A DNA stretch of 64,000 nucleotides from an uncultured virus (IMG/VR IMGVR_UViG_3300025371_000001) (IMGVR_UViG_3300025371_000001), one strand, 5' to 3'; positions 51,987 through 62,028 are shown, counted from the first letter of the stretch. Made by a program: numbers and translations. The notes: generated by a model not told the origin, from the sequence alone.

Positions 51987-52271
51987 GTGATGCAGATGCT
52001 ATCCGCAATAGTGTCTATCTATATCATCTTAGTAGAACTAATATTTGGTGTTTTAGCTATATTTACTCAGCGTGCTGCTCTTAGTAGCAAGAATCAATAT
52101 TCGATAATAGTTCACGGATTAGCATGGTCCGTTGAAGTGCTTCTTTCAGTATCGTCATTCTTTATCATTTCATTGTTCTCAACAGTAGGATTTGCAACAC
52201 TCTCGTTCATTATAGGACTTATCTTAGTGGTAGTCGGCATAACATACATATTCAAACATTTGAATTCCTGA
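51987..52271 (+). CDS. Small multi-pass membrane protein
   Basis: Three hydrophobic segments. Confidence 0.6.
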   Translation: MMQMLSAIVSIYIILVELIFGVLAIFTQRAALSSKNQYSIIVHGLAWSVEVLLSVSSFFIISLFSTVGFATLSFIIGLILVVVGITYIFKHLNS

Positions 52272-52391
52272 AAAGTTATTTATTTTTTCGATAATCTATT
52301 TTTTACAAAATATTTAAAACCTTTTAATAAAAGTGTGGGTGAATAAAGGAAAACTTTTTATTTTCTTGTGTTTCGTAACTAATGATATACA

Positions 52392-52616
52392 ATGAGTGAA
52401 AACAGTGAAAACGCTTCAATTGGTAAAAGTGTTTCAAATTTGGTAGATTCAATTACATCTTCACCATATGGAAAGGCAGCAATAGCGGCTATTGCTGTAG
52501 TATTTATAGGACTAGGAGGATATATGATAATAAAGAATTTAGTAGGTCTACTAGAAGGTTTCGGAGGTCTAGTTCTAATAATTATTGGTATATTCTTACT
52601 ATCTCTTGTAGCCTAA
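52392..52616 (+). CDS. Small two-TM membrane protein
   Basis: 74 aa, hydrophobic. Confidence 0.6.
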   Translation: MSENSENASIGKSVSNLVDSITSSPYGKAAIAAIAVVFIGLGGYMIIKNLVGLLEGFGGLVLIIIGIFLLSLVA

Positions 52617-52658
52617 AATTTCCAAGAAATTCTTTTTATATTTAATGTTTCCATATTA

Positions 52659-53306
52659 GTGATGGCTATCATACATAAACTTAAGATATTTTATAGGCAA
52701 AGAATACCTTTTCACATACATCACAAATTACCAAAACCAATACTTATCTCTAATCCATCAGCTCAAGGACTTACATTATCTGCCAACGTGGATCAAAGTA
52801 ATGGTATAGTAAATTGGGTAATCACTAACGGTACATCTGAAACCAAATATGTAGTGATTTATAGGGGTGCAGTATTTGAAAATTTCACGGTAGAACCATA
52901 TCCATTTGGTAATGCGTATTATCCAGATTACGCTGGCAAAATATGCGGGCAAACAGTCAGCTTTCCAATACAAAACCTTAATAATATACCTCCATATTCG
53001 CTTGGTATGATTAATAATAAGATAGTAGCTTTCGTATTTCAAGTACCGCCTAACTCCCAACTCACTATTGCAGAAGGCGGTTTTAATGGTGTAAAACAAC
53101 TGATATATACTTTAGTTGAAGTAACTCCAGAGAATTTACATACATATCTGGTATTCTGGTGTTTATTCCAATGGTTCGATTATATGGCACAAACTGGTTT
53201 CAACGTTACACCAGTTACTCTACCGTGGGTAGTGAAAATGTACAATTTCACAACAAACGTTAGTATGCCGACGGCGTTCCCTAACTTAGTCATAAAGGTG
53301 GTGTAA
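52659..53306 (+). CDS. Hypothetical beta-rich protein
   Basis: 215-aa ORF. Confidence 0.65.
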   Translation: MMAIIHKLKIFYRQRIPFHIHHKLPKPILISNPSAQGLTLSANVDQSNGIVNWVITNGTSETKYVVIYRGAVFENFTVEPYPFGNAYYPDYAGKICGQTVSFPIQNLNNIPPYSLGMINNKIVAFVFQVPPNSQLTIAEGGFNGVKQLIYTLVEVTPENLHTYLVFWCLFQWFDYMAQTGFNVTPVTLPWVVKMYNFTTNVSMPTAFPNLVIKVV

Positions 53307-53645
53307 ATGTCTGATACGAATGATTTGAGAAATAGAATAGAGAAACTAGAGAGAATAATATATGGTTCTGGAGTGAGTAATGGGTTAATATACAACATAG
53401 CATCAATTCAACAACAGTTGAAGGCTACCAGTGAACAATTAAACGAGTTACATAACCAAATTTCCACGCTTAATAATATTCTTAATAGCGAAATTAAAGA
53501 AATGAATAAGAGGATTGAAGAATACGATAAGCGTATATCACATTTAGACAGTATGATATTAAAGCTAATATCTATATCCGCAGGTATCTCGTCTGCTATC
53601 AGTTTAACTATTGGTATAATAATTTCAGCATTACTACATATTTGA
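53307..53645 (+). CDS. Coiled-coil protein with C-terminal TM
   Basis: Heptad-rich region then hydrophobic tail. Confidence 0.65.
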   Translation: MSDTNDLRNRIEKLERIIYGSGVSNGLIYNIASIQQQLKATSEQLNELHNQISTLNNILNSEIKEMNKRIEEYDKRISHLDSMILKLISISAGISSAISLTIGIIISALLHI

Positions 53646-53768
53646 CAAAATGAACGACAAGCCTCGCCCTTCAAATGAAAATGCTGACGATAGCGAGTGA
53701 ATGTGCACAGTAGAAGATTAGCAAAAGTGCAGAGAAAACTTTAAATACACACTCTTTAAATTTCGTTT

Positions 53769-54131
53769 ATGAGACTATTAAAGTTAGATTTTGATAAGCC
53801 TACACAACTTCAAGTCATGAGGGCATATTTTCTTCTTAAATATATCGGTTGTAAAGTCTACACGTTTACTACAAGAAAGGGTTGGCATATATATGCAATT
53901 CTACCTAAGGACATAGATATATATAAACAGCTCGCATTACGTATGATGTTAGGTGATGACGAACGCAGAATTATTTTCGATGAAGTGAGGGAGAAGCTAG
54001 GTCTACAAGCATGGGAAGACACTTTATTTGCCGAGAAATATGTTATTTCAGAAAAAGGAATTAGGAAACTTCATGAAGAGATACCATCTAATCCGTTATA
54101 TGAACCTTTTCATATTAAGAGAATAAAATAA
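53769..54131 (+). CDS. Minimal AEP primase-polymerase-like protein
   Basis: LKLDFD and TTRKGWHIY motifs. Confidence 0.5.
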   Translation: MRLLKLDFDKPTQLQVMRAYFLLKYIGCKVYTFTTRKGWHIYAILPKDIDIYKQLALRMMLGDDERRIIFDEVREKLGLQAWEDTLFAEKYVISEKGIRKLHEEIPSNPLYEPFHIKRIK

Positions 54132-54132
54132 G

Positions 54133-54366
54133 ATGGGTGGAAATATGAGCGACAAGGAATATTTAGAAGAAATCGGTTTTATAGTAAAGCTAGGAGAGTA
54201 CATAGAAGTGTGGGTAGAAGGCGGGAGAAAAATAGAAGGTAAGCTTGTGAGATACGACGTTAAGTTTAAAAACATGGTACTAAGGACTAACGATAATAAA
54301 GAAGTTTTTATCCCAAGAAGGTATGTTGTAGCCATATTGAAAAATAGAGTTCAGCCTTCATCGTGA
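54133..54366 (+). CDS. Sm/Lsm-like protein
   Basis: GRKIEGKLVRYDVKFKNMVL...VFIPRRYVVAI. Confidence 0.65.
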   Translation: MGGNMSDKEYLEEIGFIVKLGEYIEVWVEGGRKIEGKLVRYDVKFKNMVLRTNDNKEVFIPRRYVVAILKNRVQPSS

Positions 54367-54408
54367 CAAAACGAACGACAAGCCTCGTCCTTTAGGACGG
54401 GGTAAAAG

Positions 54409-54798
54409 TTAAGTAGTAGTATATTTTGTTGTCATTTTAATACCCAAAATACCTGCGAAGAAGCCTATCAGTGTGCTAAGCATCAATTGATATTGTGTAC
54501 TATCGAAAAGTGTTGTGTTTTCCACACCTTGTATGATTAACAGTAAAAATGCTATACCTTCAGCGAGTATTATTGCTAAATCTTTTATTTCTTCTAGTAT
54601 CTTATCCTGATATGTTTTACCGAAATTAACACTATAAAGGGTGTTTATTATAACCGTGACAGAATAAAATAGGGAGAAATACTGCTGAGTATTAGAAAGT
54701 GAAGGGTTGAAAGTGAAACCAATGATTATCGTTAATTGTACTGCTAGTAACACCATCGTTGTTACTACATCATTAACAAAATCGTTTTTCTCACCCAT
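54409..54798 (-). CDS. Four-TM membrane protein
   Basis: Four hydrophobic segments. Confidence 0.6.
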   Translation of the reverse strand: MGEKNDFVNDVVTTMVLLAVQLTIIIGFTFNPSLSNTQQYFSLFYSVTVIINTLYSVNFGKTYQDKILEEIKDLAIILAEGIAFLLLIIQGVENTTLFDSTQYQLMLSTLIGFFAGILGIKMTTKYTTT

Positions 54799-54947
54799 TT
54801 TACAACACCGCTTTCTTCTAACCCCACAAAGTTAAAAGTTTTTGGAGTCAAATAATTGTGGGCAGTTCATTAATGCAAACAAAAAATTTAAACTATAGTA
54901 CATTATCACGTTATTTTGAAGAAGTGGCAGGTAAATATAATTTTGAT

Positions 54948-56442
54948 AAAGCGAACGGCAAACCTCGCCCCTTCTAGGGGCGGGGTAAAGTTTTTAAACT
55001 TAACATCTATTTCTCTTTCAGATGTCCTCCTCTGGTCAACTCTTAGGACATGAGGAGCGGGAGCCGATTTCTCCCGCAATACCAGAGGAGGGCGTCTACG
55101 AAGTTAAATATGAAAATAAGAGGACAAACGTAATTCGTCTTCTCCCAAACGGTTTTCAGGAAAGGAAGTTAAGGAAGTTAGCCGATGCCTCTGCCAGGTT
55201 GTTCAACGAAGTTAACTATGAGAGGAGGCAACAGTTCTTCCGCGGAGAGGAAGTGGACTTCAAAACAACATGGGACAAATACTACGAGAAGTACAAGGAC
55301 GTACTGGGTGTTAACGCACAGGCTGTGCTTCAGAAGAACAATGAGGCATGGTCGTCATTCTTCTCCCTCCTCAATCTAAAGAAAAAAGGAAAATTACCAC
55401 CGCATATTAATCACGTTTCACCACCTCGTTACTGGAAGAATGAGGAGAAGAAAAGGAAGTTGATACTAGTTATTAGACAGGATAGATACGAAGTGGATGA
55501 GAAGAACCACAAACTCATCCTCAAGGACTTCGATCTAGAAATAGAATTTGCTGGTAGGTTGAGGTGGTACGGTAAACAAGGCAGGTTGGAGATATACTAC
55601 GACGACACAGAGAACGCTTGGTACGCTTCAATACCAGTAGAAGTAGGTGTAGAAGTAACAAAGACTGGAAAGAAGAGTAAGTGGATCGTACGCGGTGAAA
55701 GGAAGTCAATCCAAGTTGAAGCTCCGAAGGGGAATAAGGTCGCGTCCATCGACTTAGGTATAAACATCCTAGCTAGCGTTGTAGTAGACGACGGTACCTG
55801 GCTACTTTATAAGGGCGTTAGAGCTAAGGAAGACTACTTCTACCTTCAGAAGAAGATAGCCGAGGTTCAGTCTCTCGCGGACAAGGCAAGAAATCTAGGA
55901 GAGTATGAAGCTCAGGAAGAACTAAACAGAGAGAAGAGGAGGTTATTCAAGAAACTAACTAGGCGTCTGCTTCATCTGTACAGAACTCTGGCATCTCATA
56001 TGGTTAAAAAACTTCATGATCAAGGAGTTTCAACCATTTACCTAGGCTACCCCTTCAATATCGCACAGGACAAGGGAAATAAATTCACCGTGAATTTGTG
56101 GTCTTACCATAAGTTGATGAATATCATCGAGTTAAAGGCTCAAGAGTACGGTATGAAGGTGTACGAAGTCGTTGAATATAACACGTCAAAGTACTGTGCT
56201 TATCACGACGTCGAAGTTAAGAGACAACCGAGAGGAGTAGTCACTTGTCCTAAGGGACATAAACTGCATTCAGACCTTAACGGTGCATTGAACATCCTGA
56301 AGAAAGCTGTTGGTATCACAATTTCAACAGTGAAAAAACCTTTGTCATTCCTAGTGCTGCATAACGGAGTAGCACCCGTAAAAGGGGTGTAACACCTAAG
56401 ACCTCGGGGAACCCTCGCCCTTTAGGGCGGGGAGGGGGTCAG
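54948..56442 (+). mobile_element. IS605/IS1341-group tnpB-only element
   Basis: TTGAT target immediately 5'; left-end hairpin; right-end hairpin ending TCAG; removal restores a reading frame. Confidence 0.85.
55022..56392 (+). CDS. tnpB: TnpB
   Basis: ASIDLG; YLGYP...VEYNTS; HSDLNGALNI. Confidence 0.92.
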   Translation: MSSSGQLLGHEEREPISPAIPEEGVYEVKYENKRTNVIRLLPNGFQERKLRKLADASARLFNEVNYERRQQFFRGEEVDFKTTWDKYYEKYKDVLGVNAQAVLQKNNEAWSSFFSLLNLKKKGKLPPHINHVSPPRYWKNEEKKRKLILVIRQDRYEVDEKNHKLILKDFDLEIEFAGRLRWYGKQGRLEIYYDDTENAWYASIPVEVGVEVTKTGKKSKWIVRGERKSIQVEAPKGNKVASIDLGINILASVVVDDGTWLLYKGVRAKEDYFYLQKKIAEVQSLADKARNLGEYEAQEELNREKRRLFKKLTRRLLHLYRTLASHMVKKLHDQGVSTIYLGYPFNIAQDKGNKFTVNLWSYHKLMNIIELKAQEYGMKVYEVVEYNTSKYCAYHDVEVKRQPRGVVTCPKGHKLHSDLNGALNILKKAVGITISTVKKPLSFLVLHNGVAPVKGV

Positions 56443-56654
56443 TACATTAATCTTGGAACAGTATTTGAGGTCAATCAGATACCCTCAGAGCGGAACAGTA
56501 TCATCCAGCCTGGAATAAAAGTTCATTCTTTTTTGACCGAGCAAATGTTTTATACCCTCATAGATCCTAAACTTTTAGAGATACTTAAGCAGAAAAAGAT
56601 AGATGGAATAAAAATTTATGAAAAACCCAGCTATAAACAAGTTACTTTTTACAT

Positions 56655-56813
56655 CCCGCACTTTTGCAGTACTTCAACCGTCAGCACATAGTCGCTATCG
56701 TCGGTAACGTCTCTTATTCACGTGGGGGTGCGTGCCCCACAGATCGCGGGTCTACCCCTTATCGGGGAACCCCGCCTAAGTACATAAATAATGTAGTAGG
56801 TAAAAAAGTTTTC
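56655..56813 (-). ncRNA. Cassette copy 7
   Basis: Repeat 56655-56678; promoter region identical to copy 1. Confidence 0.8.
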
Positions 56814-56900
56814 TGTAGTTAAGGGAGCGGAAAGCCTCGCCCTTCAGGGCGGGGAGGAGGTCAGCGAAAAGTTTAAAACCCATTTTTCTTATTTTGAAGT

Positions 56901-57734
56901 ATGCCAATCATTTCAGTCTACACGATAAAAGGTGGAGTCGGTAAAACTACTATGATAGAAGTATTAGCTTTAGGTCTTCTCTCTGCAAGAAAAAGAGTGT
57001 TAGTTGTTGATGCTGATTTACAAGCTGATATCTCGTACAGATTACTTGGAGAAACATTATCAACATTTTCAGTTTTTTCTAAGACGAATTATGGAATAGG
57101 TGCAGTCACGCTTGGTAATTTACCTCCATTGCCACAAAAGGTTGTAGACGAATTATATTTATTACCAATGGAGCCAGATACTATAGTTAAGGCAGACGAA
57201 AGGATAATAACCAATTTTGAGTTTCTAAGAGATGAAGATTTTATAAAAAAATTTGATTATATTCTGATAGATACTCCACCTTCTTATGATTTTGTTGTAG
57301 CCGAAAATATAATGAAAACATCCGACTTTATATTTACTGTAGTCACTCCATCAATACCAGTTATTAGAACTGTAAATATGGAATTACTGAGAACTTTACC
57401 CGCTGTTATGTCAACGCTTAAACGTCCAGCGAAGCTTGTAGGTATAATCAGAAATATGGTACACACAAGCAGATTTGTAACAACAGAGCAGATTAATCTC
57501 CTTATGGATAATTTAGAGAAGGTATGCCAACAAACAAAAATACCTAAATATACACCATGTTTCTTTACAACAGTCGTACCGCAAAGAGGTAATGTATTCG
57601 AGTATGATAGATTAAGGGAAATTATACTCTCACCGCAGTTGAGAAAGAAGTTATATTCTATTAAAACACAGTTAGCAATACGTCAGCTTACAACAGAATT
57701 TTTAAGTAGGGTGCAATATCTCTCTGAACACTAA
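56901..57734 (+). CDS. Second ParA/MinD-family ATPase
   Basis: KGGVGKT; DADLQ; ILIDTPP. Confidence 0.85.
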   Translation: MPIISVYTIKGGVGKTTMIEVLALGLLSARKRVLVVDADLQADISYRLLGETLSTFSVFSKTNYGIGAVTLGNLPPLPQKVVDELYLLPMEPDTIVKADERIITNFEFLRDEDFIKKFDYILIDTPPSYDFVVAENIMKTSDFIFTVVTPSIPVIRTVNMELLRTLPAVMSTLKRPAKLVGIIRNMVHTSRFVTTEQINLLMDNLEKVCQQTKIPKYTPCFFTTVVPQRGNVFEYDRLREIILSPQLRKKLYSIKTQLAIRQLTTEFLSRVQYLSEH

Positions 57735-57765
57735 CTAGGATGAGGCTTTCTAACCCTTAACTGCC

Positions 57766-57923
57766 GAAAAGTTTAAATTCCACTATGTTAACTACTAGTT
57801 AAGCGGGGTTCCCCGATGAGGGGTAGACCCGCGATCTGTGGGTCACGCACCCCCATGTGAATAAGCGACGATGCGGACGATAGCGACTATGTGCTGACGG
57901 TTGAAGTACTGCAAAAGTGCGGG
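57766..57923 (+). ncRNA. Cassette copy 8
   Basis: GAAAAGTTTAAAT at 57766; repeat 57900-57923. Confidence 0.8.
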
Positions 57924-57973
57924 GAACATTAATGAGGGTAAAATTTATTAATACTCTTTTTTATGTTACACAT

Positions 57974-58408
57974 ATGTGTGTTGATGTAAACGTTTTAGCT
58001 AAGAAATATTCTATCCCAGCTAAAAAACTACTTATTATTGCCTCTCTCAGCGGTGCGTATATAGAAGGGGAAAAGGTTTGTGGAGATATTGACGAAGTAT
58101 TAATTAAAAAATATAAAGAGATCGAGAATAGGATAAATAACGACGAAATAGTTGAGATCGATAACGAATTGATGGCTGATTTATTCAGAGAATATAATAT
58201 TATCAAAGCATATGGCACATTATTTGTAACAAGGAGAATACCAGTATCTTCAGACATTTTAGCAAAATTTCCTTGTATCAGACGTACCGCAGTAATATTG
58301 GGTAATATATATTATATTACACCAGCTCAGTATCTAAAACTAAAGATTTTGATGCAGAAAGAAAAAGAAAGAGTAGAGACTATAGTTATCGACGTCGATA
58401 ACGAATAA
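57974..58408 (+). CDS. Hypothetical protein (start likely MCVDV)
   Basis: The upstream part of the ORF-track call overlaps the cassette and a TATA box. Confidence 0.55.
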   Translation: MCVDVNVLAKKYSIPAKKLLIIASLSGAYIEGEKVCGDIDEVLIKKYKEIENRINNDEIVEIDNELMADLFREYNIIKAYGTLFVTRRIPVSSDILAKFPCIRRTAVILGNIYYITPAQYLKLKILMQKEKERVETIVIDVDNE

Positions 58409-58435
58409 TAAGTCCATAAATGAGGTCAGTGGAAA

Positions 58436-58657
58436 ATGTATAGTTATGCGATAACTGAAAGGCATGAGAATGGGAAGGATGTATATATTTTTGTGGTTGA
58501 TAGTGAGACAAATCCATTAGAATCTTACATAGTTAAGATAGAAGTGGGGAAAGGAAAAATTAGAGCTTCGTGTAGTTGTAAAGGTTTTGCACTAAGGGGA
58601 TATTGTAAACATATTAAATTATCACTTAAAAAGCTAAGAATTTATAGAAAAGTTTGA
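58436..58657 (+). CDS. SWIM zinc-finger protein
   Basis: SCSCKGF...CKHI. Confidence 0.8.
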   Translation: MYSYAITERHENGKDVYIFVVDSETNPLESYIVKIEVGKGKIRASCSCKGFALRGYCKHIKLSLKKLRIYRKV

Positions 58658-58768
58658 ATATTTCTTTCCCAAGTTATAAAAATTGGGGGCCAAAGGGCTG
58701 AATCCTCGCCCTTTAGGGCGGGGAGGAGGTTAGAAAAGTTAAAAAGTCTGCATGTATCAAACTCACAC

Positions 58769-59671
58769 ATGGATAAGAAAACACTAATCGTTTTGGTTTT
58801 ACTTTCAGTTCTTCTAGTTCTTATTATTGTCATCTTGTATTATAAATTTATAGTCAGCGGGACAACGGTTTCATCTTCAACTTACACTTTACCATCGACT
58901 TCTACATCATCAACTTCTACTACGTCGTCATCATCATGTAATAATATTTCGTGCCCTCCTGGCTATGAGGTAGACCCACTCACATGTCAATGCTCTCCTC
59001 TTGTCCCTGCAGCGATACAAGTACAGCCAAACCCATTTTTTAACATTAGTTTATGGCTAGCAATTGGTACTAATTGCCCTGGTTCAGCTTGCTCAACGGT
59101 ATTAACGCCACCTTCGAATTGTATTTACTTTGGCAAAGCTTGTATGGGCTTTCACCCTGAATGGTCGAGTTGTTGTCCACCTGCACCTAGTGTACCTTGT
59201 ACGTATTGTGATCCGAACTATGGTTGTAATCCAGAAACTGCAGAAACTTCAGGCGTCTTAACATTCACGGGGAAAGTAATATCATCAAATGGTACACCTA
59301 TACCAAATACACAAGTTATTGTACAATCACCTTTCCCTAAGACATATACTTTAAATGGTTACATTTCGGATGTTTATGCTTTCACAGTTACACTTACCCT
59401 TTATCCACCACCATCAACAGTGACAACGGATGGAAATGGGACATTTACAGTCACTGTACCGTTTAAAGCTGTGCTTACAAGTCTATCACCTAACGCATTT
59501 GCTAATCCATTTCTCTGTTTGTCGGGTGGTCAAGCTCCATATACATACAATATTGGGCCACCTTTTGAATTTAATTTATCAATACCAAACTCAACGATTT
59601 CAACAACTGCCGTCGTTCCTTACAATTTAAGCATTTGTGTGAATCAGCAATCTAATTCTCCAATTATATAA
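58769..59671 (+). CDS. N-anchored Cys-rich surface protein with Ig-like region
   Basis: TM, S/T linker, many Cys, TTDGNGTF motif. Confidence 0.7.
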   Translation: MDKKTLIVLVLLSVLLVLIIVILYYKFIVSGTTVSSSTYTLPSTSTSSTSTTSSSSCNNISCPPGYEVDPLTCQCSPLVPAAIQVQPNPFFNISLWLAIGTNCPGSACSTVLTPPSNCIYFGKACMGFHPEWSSCCPPAPSVPCTYCDPNYGCNPETAETSGVLTFTGKVISSNGTPIPNTQVIVQSPFPKTYTLNGYISDVYAFTVTLTLYPPPSTVTTDGNGTFTVTVPFKAVLTSLSPNAFANPFLCLSGGQAPYTYNIGPPFEFNLSIPNSTISTTAVVPYNLSICVNQQSNSPII

Positions 59672-59755
59672 AATGGGGGTTAAGGGGGTGGAAAACCCCG
59701 CCTTGAAGGGCGGGGTAGCTCATAAATTTAAATCTTTCTGAATATCTTCAAATGT

Positions 59756-60919
59756 ATGGAATTAAGAGATTATCAGAAAGAAGCTTTAGACGCTATTCTT
59801 GAACGTAAACGTGGGTTAGTAGTTCTGCCCACTGGAGCGGGAAAAACATTAATAGGTATAGCTTTACTCAAATATTTACAAAAACATTACGATGAAGTGG
59901 AATATTATGTACTTGTACCAACACTAGCGTTAGTTAGGCAATGGTATACAGCTATAGTAAAGAACGGCGTGTCGCTTACATTGGGTAATGTAATGACTTA
60001 CGCTTCCTTCATATCTATATCGAATAGGTCTTCTTCAGTCTTTGGTAAAACTACAATAGAGCATGCGATCTCTGGGAAGAATATTAGGCGTGTAACTGTG
60101 ATAATAATCGATGAAGCACACCATGCACATCTAGCTACAAAGCTTTGGGAAGCCGTAGTAAAGGCAAACCCAAACTATTTAGTAGGGTTCACGGCTACGC
60201 CCAATCCATTTAAACAATACGCGATACCAGTTATTTTCAAACGTAGTCTAACAGAGTTAGCCAAATACATTGCAAATCTAGAAATAAACGAAGTACCAGT
60301 CACTTTAATTGGTGAAAATAGGGAAAGTTTCTTATTTAACACGAAGGAGTTAGGTAAACTGTTCGAACAGAGAGAAATCGCAGTAAAAAGAGGTGATATA
60401 GAGAAAATAGAGGCAATAGATTTAAAAATACAAGATATTTTAGCAGTTTTACCTACCATTATTGCTTTGGATGACAATATAATTAAAACTACAGTAGATA
60501 TTGCAGTCGAGTTATATAGGGAATCAAAAGATAGAATATTAATAAAAACACAGAGACATGCAGCAGCATGGAGCATAGCTAACTACATCATAAGTGAGTT
60601 AGGTATACCATCAGACCAAGTACTAGTATATAAAGGGAAACAAGATGTAAGTAAGTTGTATGAACAAAAATGGAGGATATTGATAGCAATAAAGGCATTA
60701 AGCGAAGGAATAGATGTACCAGATCTAACATACGCCATATTGTCTAGTTATGATTATGGGAACATAATAAGTATGGTTCAAACTATAGGGAGAACTCTCA
60801 GAAAAACACCTACAAAGAATAAAGCAGTAGTATATATACTTGTACCTAATTTACCACAGTATAAGAAGGCATACCAGAGGTTGTTGAAATACATAAAAAC
60901 TGCAGAGATAACAAAATGA
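59756..60919 (+). CDS. Superfamily 2 helicase
   Basis: LRDYQ; PTGAGKT; DEAH; TAT; EGIDVP; QTIGR. Confidence 0.92.
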   Translation: MELRDYQKEALDAILERKRGLVVLPTGAGKTLIGIALLKYLQKHYDEVEYYVLVPTLALVRQWYTAIVKNGVSLTLGNVMTYASFISISNRSSSVFGKTTIEHAISGKNIRRVTVIIIDEAHHAHLATKLWEAVVKANPNYLVGFTATPNPFKQYAIPVIFKRSLTELAKYIANLEINEVPVTLIGENRESFLFNTKELGKLFEQREIAVKRGDIEKIEAIDLKIQDILAVLPTIIALDDNIIKTTVDIAVELYRESKDRILIKTQRHAAAWSIANYIISELGIPSDQVLVYKGKQDVSKLYEQKWRILIAIKALSEGIDVPDLTYAILSSYDYGNIISMVQTIGRTLRKTPTKNKAVVYILVPNLPQYKKAYQRLLKYIKTAEITK

Positions 60920-60937
60920 CTTCCTCGCCATCCTTCA

Positions 60938-61153
60938 CCCGCACTTTTGCAGAACTTCAACTTGTTTAGCTCATTCCACGAATATTTACTTTTAATCCCG
61001 CACTTTTGCAGAACTTCAACCATCCGCACGCAGTCGCTATCTTCCGCATCGTCGCTTATTCACGTGGGGGTGCGTGCCCCACAGAACGCGGGTCTACCCC
61101 TTTCGGGGAACCCCGCTTAACTAGCAGTTAGTACAGTAGAATTTAAAGTTTTC
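60938..61153 (-). CRISPR. Cassette copy 9: promoter, scaffold, repeat, 35-nt spacer, repeat
   Basis: Identical repeats 60938-60961 and 60997-61020; promoter 61141-61153. Confidence 0.85.
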
Positions 61154-62028
61154 TATAATGAAGTGGAAAGTGTCTGCCACACATCTGGAGACGCAGCTAC
61201 CCATTCGTAGCTAAACATTATAACTCCCTTTTTAAGTATAAGTCCACAACCTATTTCAGCCTTAAAGTCGTTAGTATATATTACTATGTAGTCGAGATAA
61301 AGCGGCACCGCACCAGTCCCACCAATACTTACTATATCATTGCCTTTGAAGTTTGCTAACGTATCTTCAGTTATGTAGAATTTATCTTTAAATTTCATGA
61401 ATATTTGAATTAATTCTTTTAAGTTGTTTACCTTTATTCCGTTTAGCTCGACAATATATTTTGCTGCAAAATTTAATACATCCTTATCACCTGTATAAAT
61501 AGAACCGTTTACATAAAAGAAACCCTTTTCTGGAAGCATATTACCGTTTACCTTTACCTCATCTGTGTAATAGATGATTTTGCAGTCAGGAGGATGTGCC
61601 ATGCTATAATAATAATAGTGAAACAGTTTCACTATGAAATTGTCCTTTTCTTTCTTCGTAACAGCTTCTTGTATAATTTTCTTAAGCATTTCAATCTTAT
61701 TTGTATTATTTATAATTACTATCTTTTCAATGTATTTAAGGATTTCAGTTTCATCTATCCACGGAATAGGAATAGCTATACGAACTTGATTTTTGTCGTC
61801 TTCATAAACTATTGCTACGTCTTCTAGGACATAATTACCACCTTCTTCAACTAAGTCACCAAGATCACTAAGTTTTACTACACCGAGTATTTTTTTAACA
61901 GAAGAGCGAGGTATAGAGTAAGTGAACACAACCTTAGCATCCTCATACTTCTGTTTATATTTGAGTAAAGTAGTGAACACGTACCCTTTATTTTTAAATT
62001 CCTCAGCCATATAAGCTATCCTAATCAA
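61153..62028 (-). CDS. Hypothetical protein
   Basis: 291-aa ORF. Confidence 0.65.
   Translation of the reverse strand: MIRIAYMAEEFKNKGYVFTTLLKYKQKYEDAKVVFTYSIPRSSVKKILGVVKLSDLGDLVEEGGNYVLEDVAIVYEDDKNQVRIAIPIPWIDETEILKYIEKIVIINNTNKIEMLKKIIQEAVTKKEKDNFIVKLFHYYYYSMAHPPDCKIIYYTDEVKVNGNMLPEKGFFYVNGSIYTGDKDVLNFAAKYIVELNGIKVNNLKELIQIFMKFKDKFYITEDTLANFKGNDIVSIGGTGAVPLYLDYIVIYTNDFKAEIGCGLILKKGVIMFSYEWVAASPDVWQTLSTSL

Larger units (their letters stand above)
54873..56691 (+). pseudogene. Small gene interrupted by the IS1341-like element
   Basis: 25 codons 54873-54947 join in frame with 56443 onward (YINLGTVFEV...) to a TAG near 56691. Confidence 0.7.

Noticed and set aside
4160..60996. Self-targeting spacers within the window
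   Set aside because: No convincing match found by eye; an exhaustive search was not possible.
1973..61827. Numerous antisense ORFs overlapping longer genes (e.g. 1973-2410, 9199-9579, 15745-16245, 42347-42745, 60175-60576)
   Set aside because: Shadow frames without promoters, SD sites or motifs.
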